DNA of 62,838 bases, the filler included, from Stramenopiles sp. TOSAG23-3 (Eukaryota), in NCBI GenBank assembly GCA_900128585.1. It is 10 parts of 10 records of this genome, joined end to end, with 100 filler letters (N's around TTAATTAATTAA, not from the genome) between each part and the next. Parts side by side here need not be neighbours in the genome. Positions count along the whole stretch, not along the records: positions 37,647 to 46,913 come from LT642932.1; positions 47,014 to 56,265 come from LT642933.1; positions 56,366 to 57,910 come from LT645707.1; 7 more parts are not named here. The stretch is one strand, 5' to 3'. Both the position numbers and the translations under genes were made by a program. Every line of letters begins with the position of its first letter. Position 1 is the first letter of the stretch. The notes below the pieces were generated by a model that worked only from the letters and a program-made list of their open reading frames with translations, did no database searches and was not told where the DNA came from. Shown here piece by piece: positions 45,694 to 56,587 of this stretch.

Positions 45694-45990
45694 CTATCCT
45701 TCTTTCCCAGCACATTTGCCCTTGTCGGTGCAAGTCAGCACAAGGCTCAGCGTTGCGTTGGCCTTGAGACTAAGTTCGAAGTAGACAACGCTGTACCTTG
45801 TTCCATGCAACGTGGAGGTATCCAGTTTATGCTTGAACCTTCCGTCCATGCAAAATATCCTTTCATGGTACTGCACTCGTTTCCTTTCCTTGTCGTTCTC
45901 GTCGTAAATGACCGCGCCAAGGGCAAGAGCACCGAGCTCTCGTAGCACAAAAAGTGTTGTTACATAATTTGCGAAGCATGTGTCCTTCAA
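45694..45990 (-). pseudogene. Possible C-terminal half of a 2OG-Fe(II) oxygenase (TET/JBP-like fold)
   Basis: 'IFCMDGRFKH.......GTRYSVVYF' resembles the distal His and RxS strand. There is no ATG and no intact HxD. Confidence 0.4.
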
Positions 45991-46591
45991 TCCAAACAGC
46001 TTTGTGAAATTCTGAAATTAGATACCGCATTTTACGCTGAATGCTTTTGCAGCTTTATGCTTTTGCTTATTTCTATAGTCTTTGTGTCATTTTTTGTTTA
46101 TTACTTGAAGTTTTAACTTGGTGGAATCTGCAACATTAAACATGGAAAACATGATGATTATCGAAAACATGGCCAGTGTCGATTTAAAGAGTGCACTCCG
46201 GCAAGACATTTTGCATGCCATTAATGCATCAGCATGTAAATGGAAACTTGGCGATGGACTAGCCCATGAAAGAATGAATGTGATACGGACATGGCCAGCG
46301 TCATTCACAATCATAGCTCCCAATCAAAAGAAGTTTTCTTTTCTTCCCGCTTTCTTTTCCCGCCTTCTGTTTCTTTAATGTTTTCTTTATTTTTGTTAGT
46401 TCCTGTACTATTTTTAGATTATGGGTGAGCAGTTCATTAATGAGCCTGCCACTACCGTTCTGTAGTTTGTATTATGTAAATGTGGTTCGGGTACCCCAAA
46501 ACACTTCATCAAGGGCTGCGGCTTGCTTGCTTGCAAAATGAAATGCGACACCCACTACCACCAACCCCACCCACGCCGGGTAGTGTAGGGG

Positions 46592-46913
46592 CCCCCAAGC
46601 ATCAAACGCCAACACATTTGACTGGAAATGGCCGTGCAGCCACCCGTTGTAGGTTGCAGTAGCATCTACTACTGAACTAGGGGTTTTGATTGCTACTTTG
46701 CAGCCGTTAACAAACCCAATGATATTTAAATCATCTAAGCGTGGGTATTGCAATGCAACAATATCCGCAAAAGCCTCCAGCTTGAAGGGCTCAAATCTTG
46801 TTGCTGATAATACTGGGTACCATCCCAAAAATGAACGTAAATGCCGCCTGATCACTGCTTGAATTCAAGAACATGAGTGTGAGGCCAACAATATCCTCCG
46901 CACTCACATTCCT
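46592..46913 (-). mobile_element. Decayed PIF/Harbinger-type (DDE_Tnp_4) transposase fragment
   Basis: One frame reads 'DIVGLTLMFLNS...FIFGMVPSIISN' (HTH-like). A shifted frame reads 'YPRL...IIGFVNG.KVAI..P....ATYNGWLHGHFQSNVLAFDAWG'. The catalytic Asp of GFxDG reads Asn. Confidence 0.72.
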
Positions 46914-47443
46914 NNNNNNNNNNNNNNNNNNNNNNNNNNNNNNNNNNNNNNNNNNNNTTAATTAATTAANNNNNNNNNNNNNNNNNNNNNNNNNNNNNNN
47001 NNNNNNNNNNNNNCTATTTCTATATATACAAAACGATCATGTGATCCTGTACTGATACATCATGACAGTGGGAGAATTTTTCGATATACGCTCAGAGGGA
47101 TACGTCATGACAGTTTGTAAGCTATAATAATATTACCTGGCATTCAAAACAACAACAACAAATAATACCAAGGTATAATTATAAATAATAATAATAATAA
47201 AACCCAACAACAAAGTAAAAAAACCTCCTCCTCCTCCTCCTCATCTCCTTCTTCTTTTTTTTGGTAAAAAAATGTTTTCATTCTTCCTTTTTTTTTATTG
47301 TTGTTTTGTTTTTATTATTTAGTTCAGTCTTTGAGTTAATTAGATGGCGTCTTGGTCTTGTTGATATGCGCGTTTGAAACAAAGAATATTTCAAGATACA
47401 CGGCAAGAGTTTTTAAAATGATTGATTTGAAGTGGTTTGCGTG

Positions 47444-48598
47444 ATGCGGACGTCGAAGCCCGTTCAAAGGCTGCAGTGGGGCGACCCTGCTGCCTTGAAA
47501 CTTATGAAAGAAAATAAACCGGTCATATTGATCGGGACTGGATTGCTAGGCGGTTCGTTAAAAAAATGGGGCGATTTAGAGTATCTGTCCAAACACATTT
47601 CAACGGAGCACAAATTTCACGTCTACTCCAGTGCAGGGAGGTTTCTGTACGTAGACGAGGATTCCAAAAAGGCGAGCGGGCAGTATGTTTTTGAATCCGA
47701 GGTGACAAAGTCTGAGCTTCCGTTCAAGGAGTTTTGTCGTGCCATCTCGAAGGGGCTGTCTAGCGGTTCGGGCGGGCGCAGGGCGGGCGCCACTTCTGCG
47801 AGGGGCGGTGAGGAACGCGATGCGCCGCGGAAGAAGGTCTACTTGCAGCAACCGTTGTACGAAGGCATTGGAGAAAAGATAACAAATGATTTCAGAGAGG
47901 TACCTTGGTCATGGGTTGAAAACGTGAGGACGGAGATGCGGTTTGGGCCTTTGCGGATAAATATGCTGTTGGTGGCGGAACCCGAGACGGTGACGCCTTG
48001 CCACTACGACGAGCAGCACAATCTGCTCGGTTGCATGTCCGGCAGGAAACATTGCATTCTTTTCGACCCAGTGGATTTCTCTTCGCTTTACCCGTTCCCA
48101 GTATTCCACCCAGCAGATCGGCAATCGCAAGTCAACATCCATCGCCCGGACGAGGTCCGATTTCCGAACTTTTCGGCCGCCAGGCCTTACACCTGTTGCA
48201 TCGAACCGCTGGACTTGTTGTATATACCCCCGTACTGGTGGCACCAAATCGAGCACCACAAAGAGGATAGTCCTATTGTCGGGATAAACTTCTGGTTTCA
48301 GTCGATGCCCCGAGGCGCGGATGTTCCGGCGACGTTGAGTTCCGCCACCAAAGTCTCTGTCAGCAGGAACGTCGAAAAAATGGTTGCCTCGGACTTGGGG
48401 GTGTCGGAGGCAGCGATGTTTTGGAGGGACGTGACCGAGGAATCGTTCCTGTGCGGTAAGGCGGCGTTAAGGCCGTCAACGCAGGCGTATTACGACAAGG
48501 TGTTGCAGTGCCTTGGACTGTTGATGCAGCCCACGCTCGTGCAGCCATTCTTTCGAGAAATGTTCGTGGATCGGTTTCGTTTAAAGATGACCAGTTGA
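47444..48598 (+). CDS. HIF1AN: JmjC (cupin-8) hydroxylase, FIH/HIF1AN-like
   Basis: 'TPCHYDEQHN', 'GRKHCILF', 'LYPFPVFHPADRQSQV' and 'LYIPPYWWHQIE' closely follow FIH motifs. Confidence 0.82.
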   Translation: MRTSKPVQRLQWGDPAALKLMKENKPVILIGTGLLGGSLKKWGDLEYLSKHISTEHKFHVYSSAGRFLYVDEDSKKASGQYVFESEVTKSELPFKEFCRAISKGLSSGSGGRRAGATSARGGEERDAPRKKVYLQQPLYEGIGEKITNDFREVPWSWVENVRTEMRFGPLRINMLLVAEPETVTPCHYDEQHNLLGCMSGRKHCILFDPVDFSSLYPFPVFHPADRQSQVNIHRPDEVRFPNFSAARPYTCCIEPLDLLYIPPYWWHQIEHHKEDSPIVGINFWFQSMPRGADVPATLSSATKVSVSRNVEKMVASDLGVSEAAMFWRDVTEESFLCGKAALRPSTQAYYDKVLQCLGLLMQPTLVQPFFREMFVDRFRLKMTS

Positions 48599-49146
48599 CG
48601 ATGCGTTTGTACAGGGGTTGTTTTCGCGGGGTGAAAAAGATGAGCACCGTCTGTAATCTTTAGAACGGAGCATGTGCTTTTCTTCAGCTGGGGAGGAAGC
48701 GACGCGCAGAACGCTTAACAGAAAAACCTGGGGGGCGGGGGGGGCGTCCAATAATTGGCGGAAAAGCGTTAATTCAACGAAATACATCATCAAGGTAACA
48801 TCTATAGAATCACAAAGTAATTGAAAATAACAGAGCCAATTATTTTTCGTTTAAAAAAAATTATTTAAGAACGCGCACGCAAACTCGCTGTCGCGCGTGC
48901 GTTTGGTCAGTTTAATTTAGTTTTTTTTACTAGTATCTATGTACTTATGGCATTTTGTTTTTAACACGTATATTTCATATTGCTCAGTATTCGCAACGGG
49001 GACTCAACACTAATGGGAAGTATGGTGAAGTTAACTTTTGCCCACGCCTCATGATAGGGCCCGCCATTGGCGCTTCGGCAAGACATTCGATTCCCCTCTC
49101 AATGCAGCTACTGCCCCCCCATAGCGTTGGCCTTGCGGTTGTGCTT

Positions 49147-49650
49147 TCAAAGCGTTGATCCCAGGTCATATACGGACGGTGGCTGGAAATACGCAAACCA
49201 ACCGTAGCCTACAGAAAGTCCAAGAAAGGTGAGCAGTTTGAGAATGCCGAAGAAACCGGCGCGCATCGTACCTTCGTCGTGTAAGTGTTCTTTGAACAAA
49301 GCTAACCAGATCGCGGTAAAGGTCCCGAAGTAGCCCTTTATAAACGCAAGTTTTACCCTGCCGTCATCGATGTGAGCGGCGTACTGTGCAATGTACCCTT
49401 GGCCGAGCCACATGGCCCCGAAAATTCGAATCATGATGTGGGCCACCCCGTTGTCCCCATTGTCGTTGTGGACGCCGTTGTGGATGGCGCCATCCGTGAA
49501 GAAGACGCCAAACATCCACGGAAAGAAAAATCCAATTCCACCAAAGAGGTAAGAGATGTAAGTGTGGACCGTGAAGAGGGTCCTCAAACGGTTCTTTGGG
49601 TGTAACGCTTTCAACAACATGGTAGCCAGGTCAGGTTCGTCTCTGCGCAT
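49147..49650 (-). CDS. Small 4-TM membrane protein (weak TP53I11-like resemblance)
   Basis: 167 aa with four hydrophobic segments and 'IRIFGAMWLGQG'. Confidence 0.7.
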   Translation of the reverse strand: MRRDEPDLATMLLKALHPKNRLRTLFTVHTYISYLFGGIGFFFPWMFGVFFTDGAIHNGVHNDNGDNGVAHIMIRIFGAMWLGQGYIAQYAAHIDDGRVKLAFIKGYFGTFTAIWLALFKEHLHDEGTMRAGFFGILKLLTFLGLSVGYGWFAYFQPPSVYDLGSTL

Positions 49651-50588
49651 ATTGCAAGATTCGGTCGGTGGGGTGGTAAGTAAGGGCTGGTGAAAATGTA
49701 AAAAACAAGAAATGAGTGAATTCCTATTCCTTTGTTAACAATCGAAAAAAGGGGAAAATAACATTAACAGAAGCATGCGAACAAACGAATCACTGGGAAA
49801 GAAACACTTACACTCTTGTCCATCAACTCATAAATAGAGAGAGATAGAAGAAAGAGAATTAAAATTACAATTATAATATTATTATTACAATTATTTTATA
49901 TAAATAATAAAATATAATAATTATTATTTATATTGATGATGAATGCGCTGTGCTATTTCTATATTATATTATTTAATCGTCGTTTTAAAAAGCTAAGAGC
50001 AATTTATTTATTATTCCGGGATTATTATTATTTTTATATTTATATTTATTATTGGAATTATTTGATTCAAAAAAATAACCATAAATATTTAAATACAGGT
50101 ATATAGCATAGAAATAATAGCTGAAATTCAATGACAATTGTTTTTAGAATGGAGATAGCATAAAAATCAATTATTAAAGAGAGTGTTAGTTAATTTTAAA
50201 GAGAAGTTAGCAAATAAAAAATGACATAACGCTCTGATGCTGCTCTGATGTTCTGATGATCTCTTTATAAGGACGCAACCACAATTAGTGTCTCCTTTGT
50301 TATTTCTATGTTCTGGTTCTTATACCGTAACATAACCAATACTGTGTCTATATTTAAAATGTTGATCAATAAGGTCGGTCCATCAAAGAACGATTAAGGT
50401 AGAGATAATAATTGTTCATATCATAGAGTTAGACTATATCTATACTTATAATAATTTAAAGTATATGAATCCTATTGTCACATTAGATGAAATAATTAAA
50501 AATGTGAGTGAGTGAAATTGGTTTTGTAGTTAGTTATTCTAACACATATAGGTACAGTAGTATGTAGAAAACTCTAAAGGTATCAGGA

Positions 50589-50607
50589 GAAAGAAAGAAA
50601 GAGTCGA

Positions 50608-50643
<36 letters not shown>

Positions 50644-50686
50644 GTCGAAAGAAAGAAAGAAAGAGTCGAAAGAAAGAAAGAAAGAA
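50589..50686. repeat. (GAAA)n tract interrupted three times by GAGTC
   Basis: Read directly from the sequence. Confidence 0.85.
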
Positions 50687-51055
50687 TGATATCATCTCAC
50701 TTTAAAAGTAGAATATTATTATATAACTTAAAATAGTACTACATGTGCTAGATCTATAATAGTATCCTTTAATATATTCTTCTATCCAATCTAAAATCTA
50801 AAATATCGTAAATATCTCCCGCGTGTTTTTTTTGGTGGGAATTCAATGTACTCTCAACACTCTGTCTCCTTCCTCCTTCTCTCCTCTACAAGTCTCATTT
50901 CTTAAATCGAATTAATTTAATTGAAATTTAAATAGGTAATTAAAATTATTAGTATATAATATTCGTACAAAATACGAATATAGGAAAACAACCAGGCCTC
51001 GCCTGTGGCTCCTGTGACAACGTTATGGGATATGATGGGAGAACCTGGATATTTA

Positions 51056-51133
51056 GAAGAAGAAGAAGAAGAAGAAGAAGAAGAAGAAGAAGAAGAAGAA
51101 GAAGAAAGAAGAAGAAGAAAGAAGAAGAAGAAG
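51056..51133. repeat. (GAA)n microsatellite
   Basis: Read directly from the sequence. Confidence 0.92.
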
Positions 51134-51558
51134 ATTCAATCTCAAGTTGAATTCTATTTTGTACTTGTTTAAACTAAGTATACAATCACATGCTATATAA
51201 TAATATAATTATTATTAACTTAAGAAGAAGAACGAAGAAGTGAGAAGATGATGAAGACAAAAAAACAAAAATAGAAATCTTTATTTACAATGCTGTACAA
51301 TGTATCTCAAACAAATATTATTTATTATTTTGAGGAGTTGTTTGTTGTTGTTCTTGTTTGTTTAAACCAAGAAAAATGAAAAGTTTTCAGACCACCATAT
51401 CATACCACGTATATCCCGACAAGAACAAAAAAAGGTTAGCAATCGAGAGCAGATTGATTCCCCGGTATCCAATGCATATACACAAGTTTAAATATTTTCG
51501 ATTTTTGTTTTGAATCTTTCTATTTTTGAACACCCCACCACCGACCGCAAGCACGAAT

Positions 51559-54500
51559 ATGGCAACGGAGGACAAAAACACGCTTTTGCCCGAACTTATC
51601 TATGCCCACGGGGCAGGGAAGGGGAGTTTTTCTTTCACAAAAGACGGAACGTATGCCCTGACCTGCGGGTCGGACAAACGCCTTTGCCTCTACAATGTGA
51701 AGAAAATTACGTCCGGCGACGATGAGCCGGCCGCCACGATGGACTTTCCCGGTCCGCTCAGCGCGATGGCGTACTCGGCGGCTATCGACCAAGTCTTCGT
51801 GTGCTGCGACGACCGGTTCGTGACGGGGGTGCCCATCGTTGACGGCGAGACCCCGAGCTTCGGCGAAAGCAGCGTGGCGCTGCGCCTTGCCGCAACACCC
51901 GGGGCCGTCGCCGCATCGCCGTCGGGGGCCCACTGTGCCGCGTCGGGGGACGAGGGGGACATCTCGATCGTCAACCTCAATGACAAGTCGAGTATCAGCA
52001 AGCTGCGGGGCCAGAAGCCCTCGTGCACGCACCTGGAGTACGACCCGGAGGGAGAGTTCCTTGCCTCCGCGAGCAGCACGGGCAGCGTGCGCATTTGGCA
52101 GCTGCCAAGCAACAAAGAGCTGCACAAAGTCGAGCTGAAAGGAAACTTGGGCGATAATGAGCGCTGGCAAGTCGGATGGCACCCGTCCGGGGACTATTTG
52201 GCCGTGCCAGGCGCCTCGACGGTCAAAGTGCTCGAGCGGGGCTCGTGGAAGACGGCGTACTGCATCGGCGAAGCCAACGAGCACGCCCCAGAAATTGCCC
52301 TCGTCGCCTGGTCCCCCAATGGGCTTTACCTCGCCTCCGTCGATTTAGACAGCAAGATTACCGTGTGGGACGCCACCACGCAGTCGCTGGTGAGGACCGT
52401 CCCCGTCGAGGACGGGATCCAAGCGTTGGCATGGTCCCCGGCCGGAAACCGCCTTGGGTTCTTCACCACCGACGGCGAGATTGGCATCTGCGACAACATC
52501 GTTCCAGGGCACATGAACCCGCCGGCGTCCGCGGTGGCAAAAGCCCCAAAGGGTGTCGCCGCCAAACCGGCCGCAACGACGGAGCCGAAGCAGCAGGAGG
52601 CCGCCAAGGCCGCGCCATCCGTGGCGGCGCCCCAGAGTAGTTCCAAACGGGTTTTTGCGGAAGAGGACGACGACGACGACGACGACGAGGAGGAGGAGGG
52701 AAACGCGAAGGGGGGGGCAGCGACCACAAACCCGCTCATCGACGACGCCGCGTCGTCAGACGACGACGAGTTCGATTCGAGCGACTTGGCAAAGATCAAA
52801 GAGAAGTACATGAACCCAAGCATGGACCATGTGCAGGCTGCGCGCAGCGATGAGATCGAGAGCGCGGCCCCGGCGGCGCCTCAAATCTTGTATGCGCCCG
52901 AGACAGAGGTGCAAGAGGCGTTCCAGCCGGGTGAGACCCCGAGATTTCAGAAGCGCAGGTTCCTCACGTGGAACCTTACGGGGTCCATCGTTACCCGAAA
53001 CGAGGAGAGCTTCAACGCCATCGATATCGAATTCAGCGACCAGTCGAAGCGGGGGCAGAAGTTCACGGACCACTATGGTTTCCAAATCGCAGCCCTGAAC
53101 GAGACGGGGGCTGTCTTTGCCAGCAAGGCGGAGGACAAGACACGCTCCGTTGTGTACTTTTTGCCGTTCCAATCGTATGCCCACAACAGCGATATTACGA
53201 TCGATCTCCCCGCCGGGGAGTCCGCGACGGCAGTTGCAATAGGCGCGGGCTGGTTTGGGGTCAGCACTAGCAAAAATTACTTGCGCATCCTGCGCCACAG
53301 CGGGCTTCAGTCTTTGCCGTTGCTCGTCCCGGGCGAAATACTTGCTATGGCGGGGCACGGCACCATGCTGGCCATCGTCTACAATAGCGCTCCCCCGTTC
53401 ACTCCTTCGCAGGGCGGGAGCGCTGTTCTTAGTTTTTCTCTGTACAGCACCGGGACGGAAAGCAACGCCACCGGCAACGGGTTTATCCCGAAGGTCCTTG
53501 CCAGCGGCCGGCTGCCGTTGTCAGGGGACATAGAGGCCAACAGCGAGGAGAGGAACCAATTGCAGTGGCTCGGATTTAGCGACCAGGGCGTCTGCATGGC
53601 GTCCGACACGAACGGGGTCATGTTTTCCCTGTCCCCGAGCGATTTGAACCAGTGGATTCCTGTACTAGATGCGAAAACAATGCTGAAGTCCTCGACCGAG
53701 TGTTACTGGCCGGTCGGCGTCACCAGTTCACGCTTGCACTACGCCCTCTGCAAAGGGCGAACGATCGCCGAGCGCGTTCCCCGGACCCGCCCAAAGCCGT
53801 TGCTTGGGATGGTCGACTTAAGTGTCCCTACCGTGAACGTACGGGGCCAGTCCACCGCGACGGAGGGCCAGTTCTTGAAAGTCACTATGGAAGTCTCGCA
53901 GAAGCACGTCTTGGAAGCGTTGGGGGTGCAGCCGAAAGAGACTGAGGGGGAAAAGTTGCGGTCGGCTGTTGCCCTGGACCGGCTGTCCCTGAAAATAATG
54001 TACGCTGCCATCAAAGAAGAACAATTCCCAAGGGCCTTGGACTTGGCCCGCCAGCTTCAAAACATCGCCTCCTACGACACTGCCATTAAGATGGCAAGGA
54101 GCGCAAGGAACGAAACTTTGATGGAGAACATTTTTTCAATGAAGCAAGCCAAACAGGAGGCCATGTGGGCAAGCGAGCAGCCAGTGGCCGCCCCCAGCAT
54201 TGTCCAAGCGTCACACCAGGTGGCCCAGCCGGACCAAAACCAGCAGCAAGAGGCGAATTCGACGGCGAAGCCCAAGTCGATCTTGCAACCATCCAAAAGC
54301 AGCCCTGTCGTTGCCAAATCTAACCTTTTCTCGATGGAGAGGAAAACGGTAAAATCAAAACGATCCCTAGGAGCGCGCGATAGCACAACCCAGAAACCTT
54401 CGCAGAAAAAGCTAAAAACCAGCGCAAACCCATGGGCAAAGAGCTCTCACGCCTCCCCGCAAAAGGGTAGCATGGGCGTGTTCGAACGGCTCGGCAAGCT

Positions 54501-54618
54501 CGGCAAATCCCCGCAAGGTGTGGAGAACGCGTTTGCGTCGAAGCGCCTGAACCGCAGCTCTACCTTTTCGAAGGAAGCCCGCACGAAGACAAAGAGCAAG
54601 AATGCGTTAGCCCATTGA
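51559..54618 (+). CDS. WDHD1: WDHD1/AND-1/Ctf4 replisome hub
   Basis: N-terminal WD40 propeller, acidic linker, then the SepB/Mcl1 domain 'QEAFQPGETP....RRFLTWNLTG' and 'WIPVLD...YWPVGV'. ATG at 51559. Confidence 0.9.
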   Translation: MATEDKNTLLPELIYAHGAGKGSFSFTKDGTYALTCGSDKRLCLYNVKKITSGDDEPAATMDFPGPLSAMAYSAAIDQVFVCCDDRFVTGVPIVDGETPSFGESSVALRLAATPGAVAASPSGAHCAASGDEGDISIVNLNDKSSISKLRGQKPSCTHLEYDPEGEFLASASSTGSVRIWQLPSNKELHKVELKGNLGDNERWQVGWHPSGDYLAVPGASTVKVLERGSWKTAYCIGEANEHAPEIALVAWSPNGLYLASVDLDSKITVWDATTQSLVRTVPVEDGIQALAWSPAGNRLGFFTTDGEIGICDNIVPGHMNPPASAVAKAPKGVAAKPAATTEPKQQEAAKAAPSVAAPQSSSKRVFAEEDDDDDDDEEEEGNAKGGAATTNPLIDDAASSDDDEFDSSDLAKIKEKYMNPSMDHVQAARSDEIESAAPAAPQILYAPETEVQEAFQPGETPRFQKRRFLTWNLTGSIVTRNEESFNAIDIEFSDQSKRGQKFTDHYGFQIAALNETGAVFASKAEDKTRSVVYFLPFQSYAHNSDITIDLPAGESATAVAIGAGWFGVSTSKNYLRILRHSGLQSLPLLVPGEILAMAGHGTMLAIVYNSAPPFTPSQGGSAVLSFSLYSTGTESNATGNGFIPKVLASGRLPLSGDIEANSEERNQLQWLGFSDQGVCMASDTNGVMFSLSPSDLNQWIPVLDAKTMLKSSTECYWPVGVTSSRLHYALCKGRTIAERVPRTRPKPLLGMVDLSVPTVNVRGQSTATEGQFLKVTMEVSQKHVLEALGVQPKETEGEKLRSAVALDRLSLKIMYAAIKEEQFPRALDLARQLQNIASYDTAIKMARSARNETLMENIFSMKQAKQEAMWASEQPVAAPSIVQASHQVAQPDQNQQQEANSTAKPKSILQPSKSSPVVAKSNLFSMERKTVKSKRSLGARDSTTQKPSQKKLKTSANPWAKSSHASPQKGSMGVFERLGKLGKSPQGVENAFASKRLNRSSTFSKEARTKTKSKNALAH

Positions 54619-54650
54619 ACGTAATTAAATTAAAAAACATATTTTTATAG

Positions 54651-54900
54651 TATGCTTTAAGACTCTCACTTCACAATCAGTCATTGATTCTTCAAAATCT
54701 AAAATGGTTTTCGTATTTTTTTTTATTGACAGGAACGTAAACCTTTAATGGACAAAAGGAGCAGATTCATTTTCGAGGTACATGAAGGAATGTAAACCTT
54801 GAATGTCTAAATCTAGAGTACAGTTCGCAGTACATTAATTTTAATTACTTAAATAATAACAGCCAATTTTTCTTGTTTTTAATAACAGCCAAAATTTTCT
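54651..54900. repeat. Dispersed 3'-end element (module A at 54651, inverted module B at 54821-54882)
   Basis: Matches 26958-27012 and the reverse complement of 33655-33711. Confidence 0.78.
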
Positions 54901-55155
54901 TGCTTTCATGAGGAAGGTAATTTTACGTATCATATGGCTTATGCTTACGATGTATCATATGATATGATAAGATAAGAATTCTTTTTTGAACTTCTTTTTT
55001 ATTTTTATGAAGAGAGGTTACATTTTAATATGTTGATAAGAACTTAAAGCATGGACGTAATTGCTGTCTACACAATTCGCAACGAGTGCCCCCAAAATCG
55101 CACACCTTTCCACCCTCTCTCCGCCCACAAACCCGTGACGCTCAGCTCAATGTGT

Positions 55156-56112
55156 TCAAGCAATCTTTTGGCCAACTTTGATGGAGGCTGCAGGAATGAC
55201 CCCGCTGCCTTTCTTCTCAGCAAAAAATATATTGTCAATGGATATACTCGGAAACATTTCCGAGATAATTTTCCCTAGGTCTTGGGAAAAGTCTCCTTGC
55301 ATTACGACCTCTTTCCCGCCCATGTCGTTCTTCGTGACCGTGGAGCTGCATGCAAACTTCTTACTAAACTTCTTCGCAGCGTCTTTCAACTTTACCCCGC
55401 CGAACTTTTCAAGGCCATTAATGTTGACAGTGAATTTCCTTTTGTTACGACGTTTCATGGTAATCAAAACCCTCGGGCCGGTATCTTTTGGCTTCTGCTT
55501 GGCCTTCCTCGCCTCCGCCTCTGCCTTCCTTTGCCGTTTTGCTGCCTTCTTTGCAGCGCGCGGGTCGTTGGGGTCTATGGGAGCGTCTGCCTGGCCCGCG
55601 GCGCTGGTCGGCGCGTCGGTCCCCCCTGTCTCTCCTTCCCCACCGCCGTCGCAATAACTGGATATGGTCTGCTCAAACTTGTGTACGTACAAATCGGGGT
55701 AATTCTCAAGGAGCCACGGGATGCATTTCTTGAACTTTTTCCCGTACTCGCAGTACTCTGCCGGAAGCCCATCGACGGGGCAAAGCACAATCTGTTGGGG
55801 CCAAGCAGTGGGGTCTACGTTTTGGCCGGCGGCCACCTTTTCGTTCTCGTCGTCCCCTTCGTCGTCCTCTTCGTCGTCGTCCTCCTCCTCTGCGTTCTCG
55901 CCGTCTAACTCATCGAGCACACCCGGTTCAGGCCCGTACTTCTTAACAATCGCCGCAAAGAGCTTATGTTCGTTCCCTTTATATTTGACCAGCACCGCAT
56001 CAAGAGTTTCGATTTTCGAAGGGTTGTAACGTTGGTAGTACCTCGTCAGCCTGTTCTTCCAAAAGCGGTCCGGTTGGACGCCAGCACCGTCATCGGTTGC
56101 AAAGGTTGCCAT
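55156..56112 (-). CDS. DENR: DENR/Tma22 translation re-initiation factor with an extra N-terminal domain
   Basis: 'CPVDGLPAEYCE...C..WL' and the SUI1 domain 'RNKRKFTV.I.GLEKF..KLK.AAK.FSKKFACSSTV.......VMQGD'. Confidence 0.87.
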   Translation of the reverse strand: MATFATDDGAGVQPDRFWKNRLTRYYQRYNPSKIETLDAVLVKYKGNEHKLFAAIVKKYGPEPGVLDELDGENAEEEDDDEEDDEGDDENEKVAAGQNVDPTAWPQQIVLCPVDGLPAEYCEYGKKFKKCIPWLLENYPDLYVHKFEQTISSYCDGGGEGETGGTDAPTSAAGQADAPIDPNDPRAAKKAAKRQRKAEAEARKAKQKPKDTGPRVLITMKRRNKRKFTVNINGLEKFGGVKLKDAAKKFSKKFACSSTVTKNDMGGKEVVMQGDFSQDLGKIISEMFPSISIDNIFFAEKKGSGVIPAASIKVGQKIA

Positions 56113-56587
56113 GATCAAGTACTGTAAACGTCAAATTCAAACAATAATTTTCTTTGGAAAGATTTACTAATTGATTGATAAAATTTAATGTATATGTATG
56201 TTCACAGAAAAGGGAAATGCTATAGTTGATTACAATTGTTTGGTTTAAGATATTATTTAGCTATANNNNNNNNNNNNNNNNNNNNNNNNNNNNNNNNNNN
56301 NNNNNNNNNTTAATTAATTAANNNNNNNNNNNNNNNNNNNNNNNNNNNNNNNNNNNNNNNNNNNNAAAAAAGAAACGATCAATGCACACCAGATTCAACA
56401 ATTGAATTAAATCTCCGTTCTATTTACTTGCATTAGTTTATTCCTTACCGTTGTTAGTTTGTTACAGCAACTTAACACACCAGGACATACAGCACAACAG
56501 AACAGGCATTGGACGGACCCCCCTCCCTCCGCTCCACTACACCACCCCACCAACTGTAATTACTCTCCACACACATACCCTCTCACG

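Noticed and set aside
46472..46474. In-frame TAA suggesting stop-codon reassignment
   Set aside because: It lies in transposon debris. Intact genes end normally at TAA, TAG and TGA with no internal stops.
27120..48598. Ankyrin protein as a linked substrate of the FIH-like enzyme
   Set aside because: The two genes are on different, unlinked contigs.
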